Shown here one piece after another: positions 26,834-45,767 of a stretch of 64,000 nt of DNA. Numbering within the stretch: the first letter of the stretch is position 1; the number at the start of each line of letters is the position of its first letter. Position numbers and translations under genes: made by a program. This DNA is from Tubiluchus corallicola (lineage: Eukaryota > Animalia > Priapulida): NCBI GenBank assembly GCA_030141605.1, contig JAQGDQ010000557.1, positions 1 to 64,000 of the forward strand, read 5' to 3'. Under the pieces are notes generated by a model, which was not told the DNA's origin, made no database searches, and saw nothing but the letters and a program-made list of their open reading frames with translations.

Positions 26834-27123
26834 GATGTCAATGATGACGTTGGCGATACTTCGTTTTCATAAACACGCTTTAATATATTATGATTAGTCA
26901 TCATCAATGCCCAAGGTCAAGTAATTGTTAATGTGAAAAAGTCCAAAGAAGCCCTTCAGAGCAGACTAGAGTGACTTTCATCATATTGCAACATTCTAAA
27001 AAAATGAGCAAACGTACAAAAAATATAGGATTAAGCTGAGAATGCAAACACATGACTTAGTATTGGAAGAGGTAGGTTTTCTAAGTAATATTGTCAACAC
27101 TCACACTCACAGTCTCTTCTCCC

Positions 27124-27125
<2 letters not shown>

Positions 27126-27183
<58 letters not shown>

Positions 27184-27185
27184 CC

Positions 27186-27230
<45 letters not shown>

Positions 27231-27236
27231 TCTCTA
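27126..27236 (+). repeat. (CT)n microsatellite
   Basis: Directly visible. Confidence 0.97.
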
Positions 27237-28470
27237 TCTTACTCATATCGTTATAACCTCACATCATACAAGGCTTGGGACAAATGAATTCACAATATGC
27301 GTTATAATAACATTTTTAATACATGTCATGTACAAGTAACTTACAAAAAACCGAATTAGTGCATTGCCTCTCGCAAATTACAAAAACTGGCGGGCAGCGA
27401 ATTAAATTAATGTATTAAGCCAATTTAACCAATAAAATTGATTAATGGAGAATATCTTAACTGAACCTATGCAGCAGCAATCGCAGTTTACCAAACTCTT
27501 TATTATACACACTCATTAACGGCTACTTCATCTTTCCCGAAGTAATTCATAGCCAAACTGAATCATTTGACGTGGCCATTGGTAAGTACATAAAAGGCGC
27601 ATCTAAAACACATTTTAAAAAATTTCGGAAAATGCACCACTACATATTAAAACCGCCTTCAAAGTTATTTCAACTTATTGTAAAAGCAGAAATATGTACG
27701 CTCACCTATCTAGAATCAAAGTCAGTTCATCACCTTAAAACTGAATTCCAATTTTAGCAAACTAGATCCGTACAAAAGACTAGCGAATACAGGCAGGATA
27801 CCGGTTCCAGCTAAACTTCGAACACTGTGCAACTCTCCCCTTCTAGCTCCTGTTATTATCATGGGCACTCATGGAGAAAGAAAGTTGAACGAAACGCAGT
27901 GTGACCAACGTGATTATTTCGCTCAAGTGTAGGAGGTAATCAGACAGCCTATATAATACTCCACTGGGACCACTGGTTTACACAAGTAGTTAGCAAATCT
28001 CCACTAATAATGGAATGAATCACTCGCATTTTAATTTTGACACCAAGCCTATTTGAAAAGAAACAGATGTGAAAAACTGTTATTAAGCCTGAACCCCCGG
28101 ACCTCCCTGTTGCATGTCGGGTGTTTTTATCTAGGTCCGTCATTTAAATTTAGGCTTCAGGCTAGACCTTTTCACATTAAACATTTGTTTCTTTCGAGAA
28201 AATATGGTTTTAAAATTCAATGGTTTTATTCCATAATCCTAAAATTAAAATTTTGAATAATTAATTTATTATCCTCGATTGGAAGATTGAGAAAAAGGGA
28301 TCAAACGCAGAATCCTAGCAAAGTTCATCCTGATGACTCCGAGTTTGGCATATGGTGTAGGTGAGGGGCAGACAACGTGTGTTTAAGTCTGTCTTGTTCT
28401 AATTTATGTTCTAAATTACTCATAATTCCGGAAGAAAGGTGGGAGAAAACTTGGGAGAATGAGAAAGATA

Positions 28471-28851
<381 letters not shown>

Positions 28852-29168
28852 CTCGAAAATATCAATTAAATTATTATATGCCTGTCCTGTACTATTTAAA
28901 AGCAAAGGAAGAGATTGCCGTCGTGTATCGACCGCACCTCGCGGTAAACACGTCACTTCAGTTTCGTTCATTTCAACTTTGTGACTTTTACTAGCGCCTA
29001 CTGGATTCATTTCATGCATGTTTCTGTAACTACATGAACTTCTTCAACTTCTAATAAAATGCATTTTGTTCTAAATTAATAATATATTTCGATAGCAAAC
29101 TATTTTTACTATATTTAGTCGTAGTCATTTAACTGAAAAACATTTGTGTGGATTTGTCAGCTGCTAGC

Positions 29169-34271
<5,103 letters not shown>

Positions 34272-34712
34272 CCCTATAAATAACTTTAGTTATGATGTTC
34301 AAATTACTGTTGATTTTGTTGCATACGTTTTTATATTATTCCCATGTTGTAATATAATCTTATTGACAATGTATATAAGAAAATGAAATGCAAAACAAGA
34401 GCTTTACGTAATTTTATTACGAATTGTATATATATTCATTTTTTATTCTTCGTGTATTCTTTCTCTTGAGAAGAGGATAAATCTACGTGCTAAACACAGT
34501 ATTAATAGTACTCTGTCATAGTTTGCCATTGCTTCATCTAGGCATTCGCCCAAATATTACCTTGTCTCACTATTATAGACATTAGGGAAGCACTAACACA
34601 TTTATTCAAATGGAAAAACACTTGTTAAACAGCTTTTGTCAATTTGGCAAGCAGCAGTTGTTATTATTTTGTTTTGAAGGGACTAGATGTTAACTAAAGC
34701 TCACTAATGTTT

Positions 34713-36868
34713 TCACAGATTAGAATCTTTGCAAGATTGGAAATTTATCTCACCGTACTGCACTTCAAAAATTACTTGTTGAATCTTCATTTTAACTAAA
34801 CTCTTTGTCCTCTGATTTGCAATGCTGCGTAGTTCATTTGCAACATGTCTCCCAAATGTATCATTCTCGTCTTCTTCTAATTGGTAATTTCTTTCTCTCC
34901 CTGATTTGAAAAATTTGCAGGCTTCTGCAAGTAGTTCGTCACTTGTAGACGTTTGTGCAGATCTTTTGTTCCTTTGAAGTCTTGATACTGGTAATGCTGG
35001 TGACATTGTGTGTGTAGACTGCTGGTCCATGGGTATTTCTGAGAGCGAATTGCAGGTCGATGTTTGGTGATCACTTAGTAATTCGTTTGGCTGATTCAAT
35101 TCATCGTAATACTCATCTGTTATCCCTGTTAAGTCATCATCATCTAACTCATCTTTAATGATGCAGTCTGCATCCTGAAACACATTGAAATCAATTAGAT
35201 AGATACAGAGCAACATCACACATAAAATGAAGAACTGTTACAGTCACTAATTAAAAGTGTGTACTAGTATAAAGCTTTTTTTCTCTTATTTCTAAATATA
35301 TCTGAAAGTATTCACCTGTTTTTGGTAGTGTTTGTCATGCTGCTAACACACTATAGACAATTTGATAAGCGTCGCAAAAGAGCGCATGTTGCTAAGAAAA
35401 AATTGTGTTTAATCACTACCTAAAAAAACCCATAAGACATTTTTCTAGGAGGGCAAAGACAGCAGCAAAATTGAAAGTATAGGTTGGAGCTCACACTAGG
35501 ATACTGGATGATAGTATTGCCAGTAATGTCCTTGCATTGCTGGACATGGATCTGGCAATGACTAATTCCTAAATGAATTTTGTGGATAATTATAAGCACA
35601 ACCTAAAGAACAACCCAATTTCAAACATAAAGCATTACCAGATCAAGACCTTTTTCTTGATGTGTAAATCGTCAAGAATAGTATTAGACATTATTTACGT
35701 AAACTTTCAATCCGTCTACACGTATATAAGCATACATGGACATATACCAGCAACATTAAGATAATGTTAGAAGCTTCAAGTTTGCCTTTTATAGACTATA
35801 ATGAAAAAAGTACAAAGAGAAGTCGTACAGAAACTGCCAGTTGCTGTTGGAGGATGGGAAAATAAAACAAAATCACCAAAGGAGATAATTTCAAAAATTC
35901 TTACTCTGGAATTAGATAATGCGGGTTTTGTCGGAATGATGTGATGATCCAGGAACTGCAAACTTTGATAATGCGCCCATTTTGATACGTACTCTCTTTC
36001 TTCATTTGACCTTGCTTCCTTTCCCTTCTCAGAAGCATACTGAGTACGCAAGCCTTTTATTTTCTTCTTTATTTCTTCTTCTACAATATGAGTAAAAGAG
36101 TTACTAGTTGAATAAGATCATGAGACGGTGTGTGTAACATCTCTGCTCAGATTAATAAACAGCAGTCGTTTGTGTAAATGATCTACTGAATAAGTAAAGT
36201 GTAATTCAGTATTATCTGTTGAACATTTATAATATATTTAATTACTAGAAATTAAAATTAATTGCCAGCGACCAGTCATTATAAATAATAAGTATAACTA
36301 CTGAAAGCTTTAAACCATTCTCTTTTAAATTTCTGAACTAATGTCAAACCATCGGACGGACAGCAGTCAGTAAAGATATAACAAAAAATATAATACATGT
36401 ATGATAAGCATTTATTGCATTTTTGATCGTCGATGGCGCCAGTAAATCACAGCTCTGACAATTTTGTCGCAGAACTGATTTCTTAATAATATAGACCAAT
36501 GAATCCTAATTGAGATCAAAAAAAGAATGTTAATGTGCATTAAACTGTATTAATGGATTACTAGCACAAAGACTGCATTACCTGCCTTTAATTTGTTGCT
36601 CTAAAATTATAAAGCTAAAAATCCTTTAGGTCTACTGAATAGAAGCAAATCTGACCCATCTGTTAATCAGAAATAGGCCTACAGGCTACAGTGTCAATTA
36701 CTTACCTGTCGTCTGCAAACTGAAAGCAATTTCTTGCAGTGAACGTCTCCTCTTGATTTTATTATGATAAGCAGGGTCATTCGTGTCCCACAAAACTCTG
36801 TGCGCCCTGAAGAGTTCTACAAGCTTCAACACATTCTCAAATGTCCACCTGTACGGGCCTATTTCCAT
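34713..36868 (-). CDS. MADF (Myb/SANT-like, Adf-1) + BESS domain transcription factor, ~266 aa
   Basis: Exons 36868-36706, 36080-35905, 35174-34713 (phases 1,0). MADF: WT..LVELFRAHRVLWD..YHNK..KKIKGLRTQY..KW.HY..LQFL. C-terminal BESS: DENDTFGRHVANELR...KMKIQQVIFE. Confidence 0.88.
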
Positions 36869-38309
36869 CTCAAACGATACGCCACAATTCACATTCCTAC
36901 TTCAGCAGGACGGTAACATATTCTTTTATAGCTTTTTATTCAGCAAAGCTACAGACATCTCGAACGCTGCACAGTCAGACAGCCACTGTCAACAAAAATG
37001 GCGGCAATTGATGTGTTCTCCTGTTCAAGCTGTTGAAAATTGAAACACATGTTGCTGCTACAGCGTACAGCAGGCTGCGCGTCCGGTCAATAACCTTCTA
37101 GGCCAGTTATAGTAACGTGAACGTAGCTTTTGAAAAATTTGCTTTGCGTTTTGACAAAGTGCCCATAGTATGTTGATCATTCATGCTAAATTAAAAAACA
37201 TTGTAAGTACACTATTACAAAAACTGCAGTGTAAACCTTTAAATGTTTTGTGGCGGATAAACGTCAAAGAAACGAGACTGGTGAAGTGTGGGTATTCACT
37301 AAACGGCATTAGAAACCATCTTCCGCTTTGTTATTTGATACACAACAACCACGTGCGTGCGTATGTGTGTGTTTGCGCTCACGCACGCATATGTCTCTGT
37401 GTATTTGTGTGAAAAAGCATGTGTTTAGCCAAAAGGCTATCATGTCATGGTGAGTGTAGTTTTTGACAGCGTCTTTCTTATATGAATTTTACATGAAAAC
37501 AGTTTTCGGTAAAACCGCAGCCAAGCCCTATTGTGCGGAAATACCTCACACCTAATTAACAACGATCATGGCAAAGGGACTTCAGAACAGAGCAGGCGTA
37601 CTGGTAGGTTCAGACTCGGCAGGTGATAACGAGGTTAGCCTCACGATGCGTTCGTTATATTAATTAGGGTAGTCTGGCGCTAATGTAATTTTGCTCCAAT
37701 GTGACTTTACTTTAATTTAATTTAATAGCGCTCTAATTCTACTTCAGTGTGATTTTAATTACTGTGGCTTTAACTTATATTCTATTTTAAGGTAATTTTA
37801 ATTAAGCATTGTGGTTTTTAATTGTATTCTATTTTTTAACTAGATTGTTGTTCAACTAATGTGGTTTTAGTGCGCCCTTAAAAAAGCTACTCATGCTGGA
37901 ATTAATAAATAATGAATGTTTATCACGTGACGTGGAACGTGTTTAGTGACGGTTTTCATGAAAGATCCATAAAACATAAAGACGTTCCAGAAAAATAAAG
38001 GAAAAACGTTTTGACTGTATATTACTCTTCGATTGTGTGAAAGTCGAGAAATAACGTTCCCATATTTTCCAAGCAGTCTCAACTTATTCTCATTTCCTCC
38101 TTTTTGTTTCAAAATTCAATGGTTTTTTTCCTATCCTGATCAATGATCTCAAAATTAAGATTATAAATAAATAAGTAATTACTCACGAATCATTCTATTC
38201 ATTAATTAAATAATTAAAACAGTCTAATCCATCATTAACACTCTAGCGTGAGTAAACTAACGCTTGAAAATTGTTGGGCCGGTTAGTAAATTATGACAAT
38301 AGAATTAAA

Positions 38310-38517
38310 GTGGCGTTTACGTAGCATCAGGATGCGTATGCGTTTCCAACTGCGGAATAGCTGTGGAAAAAATCAATCGGAATAGCTGCATAAAAAGAAT
38401 AACGCATATGCAGGCAGCATAAACGAGTGCATTGAAAACAGCATAAGTCCTAAACCTATTTTATCTATTCCGCATCTCATAAAACGCATACGCATCCGCA
38501 TACTATGTAAACGCCAC
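38310..38517. mobile_element. MITE, ~210 bp (possibly Harbinger/Tourist-like)
   Basis: TIRs GTGGCGTTTACGTAGCA..GGATGCGTATGCGTTT / AAACGCATACGCATCC..TACTATGTAAACGCCAC. Confidence 0.7.
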
Positions 38518-41500
38518 GACAAGGGCAAGGCCTAGAGATCATGGTGTTGCGTTTATCACCCTAGTTCAAATATCGATTTTTTTTTGTTCAAATTTATTTT
38601 CCCAAGAACTTGGTTTGAAAATTTAGTAATTGTGAGCTCATTCTGTTTTAACTAATTGAAGAAGATGATGATGATAATGATGACGACAACATATATGGAT
38701 ACGTAACACTGGTACGATAATTAAAGTGAAATGTTAACTTAGACGTCGATGTTAGTATATGACACAACATCACAACTTTCCACAATACGCCGTAACCCCT
38801 GCTGATGGAGTCAATGTGTTATCTCTCCTACTTGGAATAAGTAATTTAGAACCCGGGTAAAATGCCTTCTCTAAATTTGGGTAAAGGCGACTTACAAAAA
38901 TCAAATTTTGTAAATGTATTATCGTTTGCTTTATTTTTCTATATAGTTTTTTCAGTCCGTAAGTGAAAGTAACATTGCCCATGAAGAGTTAAAATGCTGG
39001 TCATCATAGCTCTAAAAGTTCTGTCACTGTTTATTGTTGGGTGTCCTGTGTTTCATTCGCCTCCTTGGTAGTCCGGTCAAAATACGGTTTGAACCGGACA
39101 AAAACGTGGTATGGCTGAATTTTTACACAGGCACGCAGAAAGTCGTTCAGAACAACTTATCAAAAAAAACCATAAATCCACCGTGGGGGAAAAGTTGTGG
39201 AGCTTTAAATTCATAACAGCCCATAACAGCTATAACAATTAAGGTGAATACCCTCCCGAACAAACTTTAATGAAAAAAAAATTGAACCAGACATTAAAGA
39301 ACTGTTCAAGTGTTCCTCAACTTTAGTCTCTAAGCACAACCGTGACCACTAGGCAACTCACTGTGAGGCATTGAAATAAAAAACTGATGGTTTAGTTAGT
39401 TTATTTGTGCTAGCTACGTTGTTCATTATGACTTCTAATCGTCTGCCAAGGGAAAACACTCTCGGACGATGCTTCTCAGAATCAGAGTTTCTCAGACACA
39501 TTCATCTCTTTGCAAACCCTGAATTTTTTAAAATTACAACGACAATTTTTGAAACAAGTTGTAAAAGCAAATTTCTTTGTATCGCTTTGTTATAAAATTT
39601 AACATTGTACCAACACTTGCAGTAATAAATCTGTAACTAGCCCACAACAAGCGTTTATTTATTGGGCTCCTATATAAATGGCAACATGACGTTGTATTTC
39701 ACAGACAAATCCCGCAAAATAATTTTGTGAAAATATATCAAGAGAATTAATTTTGCGCATGTTAGGTGGCATAATATTAATCGTCATCATCATAAAAGAG
39801 GAAGTAAATGTTCAAAATTACATTGTTATAATTATATAACAATTAATTGATAATCAAAAGCAATTCTACCTTAGAGCTATTCATTTAATTGCTTGGTTCG
39901 TATGGTATGGTATCAGCATTTGAAGCTACTTTTGTCACAAAACTTTTGATTCGGTTTTGAGAATACGTTTCCAACTTTTAATTTTTAAGGAATTTGTAAT
40001 TTTAACGCTTTAGGAGAGGGGGCTTTTACACGACTAAATCTTATTTGGCAAGAATGTGCTATCCATCAACAGTTACTTGTAATTTTTATTAACTAACACG
40101 TATACGTGTTCCCGTGTATTCTATTTTAACTGTTTTAAGAAATTTGCGAAGTACTGTGGTCCATTTTAAGTCCATTTTAGCACTATGAAAGAAATAATAT
40201 TGAATAAATTATTAACTATTATCATCAGACTACTCAGTCTCACGAGATGGCAAATCTGAAGGTTCCTAAAAAAAGTTCAGAAAACTCCAGATTTTTGACA
40301 TCGACTTTAAATATGTATTGACTATGTGATTGAAACTAGTTGCATAAACAAAATTCAACTTATAGAGATAAAGGAATTTATAAAATGAATAATAAATTTA
40401 TCAATTGTTTTTCAAAAAAATACGAAACTGCACACCAGTGCACAGTAGGCACAATAATAACTTTTCTGGGCATAACTTTTTACTTTTTAACCGAGTAAAA
40501 TATATAAGCATTCTAATAGTAAACGAATATCTCAGCAGCGTCATCTGGTAGCTGTGAGGGTAACTAAAAACCTGCAGTTGGCATGTAATCACCTTTTTGC
40601 TTTTCTCTACACAAACACTATGTAATATATGTAGATTGATTTCACAAATACAAAGGTCGAACAATGTTGTTACATAAAGTGGAGTTTGTCTGAACTTTGT
40701 ACGAGATCCTCAATTGGGTTGCATTTTTTTCCTTTTTCTTTTTTGTTTTGTTTTATTCTATGGATAAATACTGAAATAATCTGAGGAAAAAACTTTATAA
40801 AAAACTTGAAAACTGGTTCAACCATCTCTCATTTACATTTAGGACACTCATAAAGAGCACCATCCTCTTGAATTCTAATATGGCGGCTTTTTATAAATGT
40901 AAAATGTCTATGGAAAAACCCGTAAACGCCTCTCATTTGTCAGAGTAGAGAAATCAAGAAATTGACAAAATAAATATGAAGCCCCAGAAAACACGCAAAA
41001 TGACACCTGACAGCAGAACGCGAGTAAAATTGTCAGAAAATAAGACACACGCGTCCACACACACATGACACGACCGCGATACGGTATCTCTAACTACACC
41101 AATGAAGTTTAAAAATCTAACTTTCTACTTTATGGTGTAGTTGAAAGTAGATCAACAAGCAAACGTATACGCCAAAATGTATAACTACTTGAATTTTGTG
41201 GCTATTGAGACTTCTGAACATCTTCAAGTAGCTTTAAGAAGGTTTGCATGACATAGTAGCAAAGTTGCACCACATAATGCTCTGAACCAATATCAATTAT
41301 TGTTTTAAACTGGCAAATCAAAATAGAAGTTTGTTTTAACAGAAACGCGGGGTAAAGGGGTAAAGCAATTCTAGTATGCGCGCACAATCTGCTTTTCATA
41401 TATTCACTCCGGACATTCCTAGATGAAAAACGCTTACTTATAAATCGTGTTTCATATCTGAGAATAACAGAAAATTCTTTTTTTGTTAACAGCAACCTCA

Positions 41501-41912
41501 CCTGCTTCAAAACAAAACGTTTGCAAATGCCTCCTGTCATATTTTCATTTTTCTACTGCAGCCCTTCATGCCCACTAACCTTATTTGGAACGATTTGTAA
41601 AAAAACATTTAAATGCTCTGCAAGTAGAGTAATGTGAATTCTAGCTCTTTAACAGTACAGTTCTTGTTGCATTAATAAAATAGGTATAGAAGATTAAATT
41701 ACTGACTGGCTTCACGTAGTTAATTTATTACGTGATATATAGCTGATTGTGTGAATTCGCAGGCTGTACATTCTCATTGTGCTGAGCGCTTTAGTTGCGC
41801 AGACCGTATCGACCAGCAGCAAAATATTGCCCGTATGAATGAAGTTCCCAGGAGAGAATGCTGCATTCTGCGTGTATGATTGCAAGGTACTAGATAGTGG
41901 AAACAAGCTAGA

Positions 41913-44543
41913 ATGTCAATGCAGTACAGGGTGATGAAGTTGTCACGGCGAGACAGCAGCAGCGATGATGACGACGGCGACGAAGACAACAATGATGACA
42001 AAATCAAACTGAAGACATCTTCGCAGTCTGTGGACTCGCTGACGGGCGTCAATCAGTCCACTTTCTTCAGAGATGGTAAGCGCAAGATTGATTTTGTGCT
42101 TGTGTACGAAGAGGACAACCAGGCTTACATGGAAAGAAAGGCTCGTCAAGTGCCTAAAGGTAAGAGCTTGAAACGTGAGATTACTATTGAACTGAAACGT
42201 GAGAAATGGAGGCAGAAATTCATGGGAAATTTACAAAAAGCAGGTCTTCATATGGAGGAAGAGTTGGTGGAAAGCGAGAAGAAGATGGTATATTACATCA
42301 AGCTGTCCGTGCCGTGGAACATCCTGGTGTTTTACGCTGAGGACCTATGCATGAGAGCCCCTCTGCAAGCCCATCCGAATCCCAGTCAGAATTGGTCAGA
42401 GAAGCTGTTGAATTCGCTACACATTCCAAATATCATGACCGAAGAAGTTCCCAATCAGCCGCTGGATTACTATACGTGTCCTTTCAAGAAATCAAAGCTC
42501 AGTCGATTTCTAGGCAGTGATAATCCAGACACGTATTTTACAAGTACCCAAAGGAGTCGCATCGCATATGAGATCTTGCAGACAACGGCGTATGGTAAAA
42601 GGAAACGTGCCGAAATTGGAATAGACCGGTTGTTGGAGGAAGGCACTTACTCTGCAGCATTTCCTCTACATGATGGATCATACCAGAAACCGGCACAATA
42701 TGTCGCTGAATCATCATTGAATCCACGCCAGGTGCTCTTTTATTACTGGGCCAAATGGGGTAAGTGGTATAAGTATCAGCCACTAGATCACATTCGAGAT
42801 TACTTCGGTGAGAAAATCGCCATATATTTTGCATGGCTAGGATTCTACACTGGATGGTTGCTGCCGGCAGCTGTTGTAGGGTTGTTGGTGTTCCTGTATG
42901 GAGTGTTCACAATGTACCAAAACACTCCAACAAATGAAACATGTGACAGTGGAGACAAGTTTAAAATGTGTCCACTTTGTTCGGAGTCTATCGGTTGTCA
43001 GTACTGGAGTCTATCTGATATATGTGTCTACAGCAGAGTCGGCTATTTATTCGATCATCCAGGGACAGTATTTTATGCTGTGTTTGTTTCATTTTGGGCA
43101 GTGGCTTTCCTGGAATACTGGAAACGCAAGAGCTCCAGTCTTGCCCACCACTGGGATTCTCTGGACTTTGAAGAAGAAGAGGAGCGACCAAGACCAGAAT
43201 TTATAGCAAAAGCCCCATTTATGGAAAAGAACCCCATCACTGGCATAAAGGAACCAGCATTTCCAAAAAGCATGCGATTACCCCGCATGGTGATGGGAGT
43301 CGGTGTCATACTCATCATGATGTGTCTTGTCTTCATATTCATTGTTGCAGTCATCATGTACAGGGTCATCATCAGCATTCCCCTGTTCCAGAATAAGCTC
43401 ACTCGTTCTCAGGCTCCAACCATAGCCAGCATGAGTAGTGCATGTGTCAATCTCATCTTGATCATGGCATTGGGAAAAGTATACGAAAAACTGGCATTGC
43501 GGCTCACTCAGTGGGAAATGCACAGGACGCAGAGCGAATTTGACAATCATCTCACCTTCAAGGTATTCATCTTCCAATTTGTCAATTTCTACTCGTCAAT
43601 ATTTTACATTGCTTTCTTCAAAGGGCGCTTTGTCGGTTATCCAGGAAATTATACGTCATTCTTCGGGTTGAGAAATGAGGAGTGCAGCAATGGAGGCTGT
43701 CTGATTGAACTGGCCCAACAACTTGGCGTCATCATGATAGGCAAGCAGGTCATCAACAACATACAAGAAGTCATGATCCCCAAGATCAAACTATACGTTC
43801 AGCAACGTAAGTTGAAGAACTCTTATGTGGCTGGTGTTCCCAAGACACGATGGGAAGAGGATTATCAACTCATAGAAAACGAAGGATTATTTGATGAGTA
43901 TCTAGAAATGGTCTTGCAGTTTGGCTTCATCACAATATTTGTGGCAGCTTTTCCTCTTGCACCTCTTTTTGCTCTCATAAACAATTGGGTGGAGATCCGA
44001 CTAGATGCACATAAGTTCGTGTGTGAAACTCGCCGTCCAGTGGCTGACAGATGCCAGAATATTGGCATCTGGTTCCACATTTTGGACTCCATAGCACAGA
44101 TTGCCGTTATAAGTAATGCATTCGTGATCGCTTTTACCTCAGAATTTCTTCCCAAATTGTTGTACAAATACGAGTATGACTGGAACTTAGTCGGTTATGT
44201 GAACTTCACTCTCGCCATGTCTCCTAACGGAACGCTAAGCGAAGAATGTCGGTACAGGGACTTCAGGCAACCAGACGGCAGCCATTCTTCATTTTACTGG
44301 CGCCTCCTGGTGATCCGACTGGCATTCGTAATCTTGTTCGAGCACGTCGTGTTTGGAATATGTCGATTAATCGACTTATGCGTTCCGGACATTCCCGGAA
44401 GTTTGGAGCTGAAGATAAAGAGAGAGCGTTACTTAGCTAAGCAAGCACTGGCCGATTCCGATACAATACTCAAAGTTGCCCGCCAAGATCCAGACGAAGA
44501 TGAGGATGACGTGGCGCCGCTCACTATACCTGATAATGTATGA
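41913..44543 (+). CDS. Anoctamin/TMEM16 (ANO7-like) Ca2+-activated channel/scramblase, single coding exon, 876 aa
   Basis: Uninterrupted ORF. FRDGKRKIDFVLVYE, IRDYFGEKIAIYFAWLGFYT, FQFVNFYSS, and Ca2+-site region EYLEMVLQFGF..PLAPLFALINNWVEIRLDA. Confidence 0.97.
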   Translation: MSMQYRVMKLSRRDSSSDDDDGDEDNNDDKIKLKTSSQSVDSLTGVNQSTFFRDGKRKIDFVLVYEEDNQAYMERKARQVPKGKSLKREITIELKREKWRQKFMGNLQKAGLHMEEELVESEKKMVYYIKLSVPWNILVFYAEDLCMRAPLQAHPNPSQNWSEKLLNSLHIPNIMTEEVPNQPLDYYTCPFKKSKLSRFLGSDNPDTYFTSTQRSRIAYEILQTTAYGKRKRAEIGIDRLLEEGTYSAAFPLHDGSYQKPAQYVAESSLNPRQVLFYYWAKWGKWYKYQPLDHIRDYFGEKIAIYFAWLGFYTGWLLPAAVVGLLVFLYGVFTMYQNTPTNETCDSGDKFKMCPLCSESIGCQYWSLSDICVYSRVGYLFDHPGTVFYAVFVSFWAVAFLEYWKRKSSSLAHHWDSLDFEEEEERPRPEFIAKAPFMEKNPITGIKEPAFPKSMRLPRMVMGVGVILIMMCLVFIFIVAVIMYRVIISIPLFQNKLTRSQAPTIASMSSACVNLILIMALGKVYEKLALRLTQWEMHRTQSEFDNHLTFKVFIFQFVNFYSSIFYIAFFKGRFVGYPGNYTSFFGLRNEECSNGGCLIELAQQLGVIMIGKQVINNIQEVMIPKIKLYVQQRKLKNSYVAGVPKTRWEEDYQLIENEGLFDEYLEMVLQFGFITIFVAAFPLAPLFALINNWVEIRLDAHKFVCETRRPVADRCQNIGIWFHILDSIAQIAVISNAFVIAFTSEFLPKLLYKYEYDWNLVGYVNFTLAMSPNGTLSEECRYRDFRQPDGSHSSFYWRLLVIRLAFVILFEHVVFGICRLIDLCVPDIPGSLELKIKRERYLAKQALADSDTILKVARQDPDEDEDDVAPLTIPDNV

Positions 44544-45636
44544 CTAAATAAATCACTATAAGTTATTGTAAACGTATTGCATATCAGATTTATTGATGTT
44601 ATAATCGTAATAGTTGTTAGCTGTTGTCAAATGTTATTAATGTTTATTGGTTATTAATGTTTAATATCACAATTCATAGAAATTCTATGACGCGATTGTT
44701 CATTAAACTAGAATGCATCAGATTCCTTGTGGTAACGACAGCAACGTACAATGATGCAGTTATCTAATTCATCCCTTTCATCCTTTCTTATTTATATTTA
44801 GACATAATAAAAAGATACAGTACAATACTTATTGTATTTTATCTGATGCATCAAGGTTGATGTTCAAAAACTCCATAAAAGTTCCCTGAGTTGCTGAACT
44901 TTGCGTGCAGTTTGCCCCTTCCTAAATAACAAAACTACCGTAGTAATTGTCGCACTGATGCAGTAATTTCGCACACTTGTACACATTTTTTACATATTTA
45001 CGCCATTATATATATTTAAAACAGTAACAAAAATATAATTGCATAAAACTAGACATAGATTAAGCTAAGAGCTTCATAAGTCTTCAAAAGTTTTCTTAAT
45101 TCCTTTACATAAATGCATCTATTTTCTTCAGGCTTGTATATCAGATAATATAATCATAGTTGTGTATTTAAAGATTTTATTAACAAAAATATGTGTTTAT
45201 TAATGTGCTGTCACCATCATTATGTTAGTGATTATGTTAAGAAGATCATCATATTTTAAATAAACTAAACGGTTATTTATGTATATGCATTTGCCACAGT
45301 TTGGTGTCTTTCTTTCTTCTCAATCATAAAGTAAGCAAAAATTGACCTTTTCGTTCTCGTCCTGCTGTCCACTCGATGAATCGATATTTTTAAACTAGTC
45401 AATTATTTCTGTGCCAAAACAGAAAAAAAACACGGCTATTTTAGGCTTGATGTAAAATGGAGAACTATGATTCTGAACCGCTATCGTCACAGACCGCTTT
45501 ACTGCAATAAGAACACAGCAAGTTTGGAAGAGACGTGTATGTACTTCCTTCCCCAACTCTTTCTGTGAATAATTGCACAAGCAGATCAATCACCATCAAT
45601 CCCTTCTCCTCTCCTGCTATTTGTAATTATTAGGTG

Positions 45637-45767
<131 letters not shown>

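Noticed and set aside
41774-44440. Antisense and alternate-frame ORFs over the anoctamin (likewise over TMEM209 and SLC10)
   Set aside because: Shadow ORFs of real coding sequence with no independent motifs.
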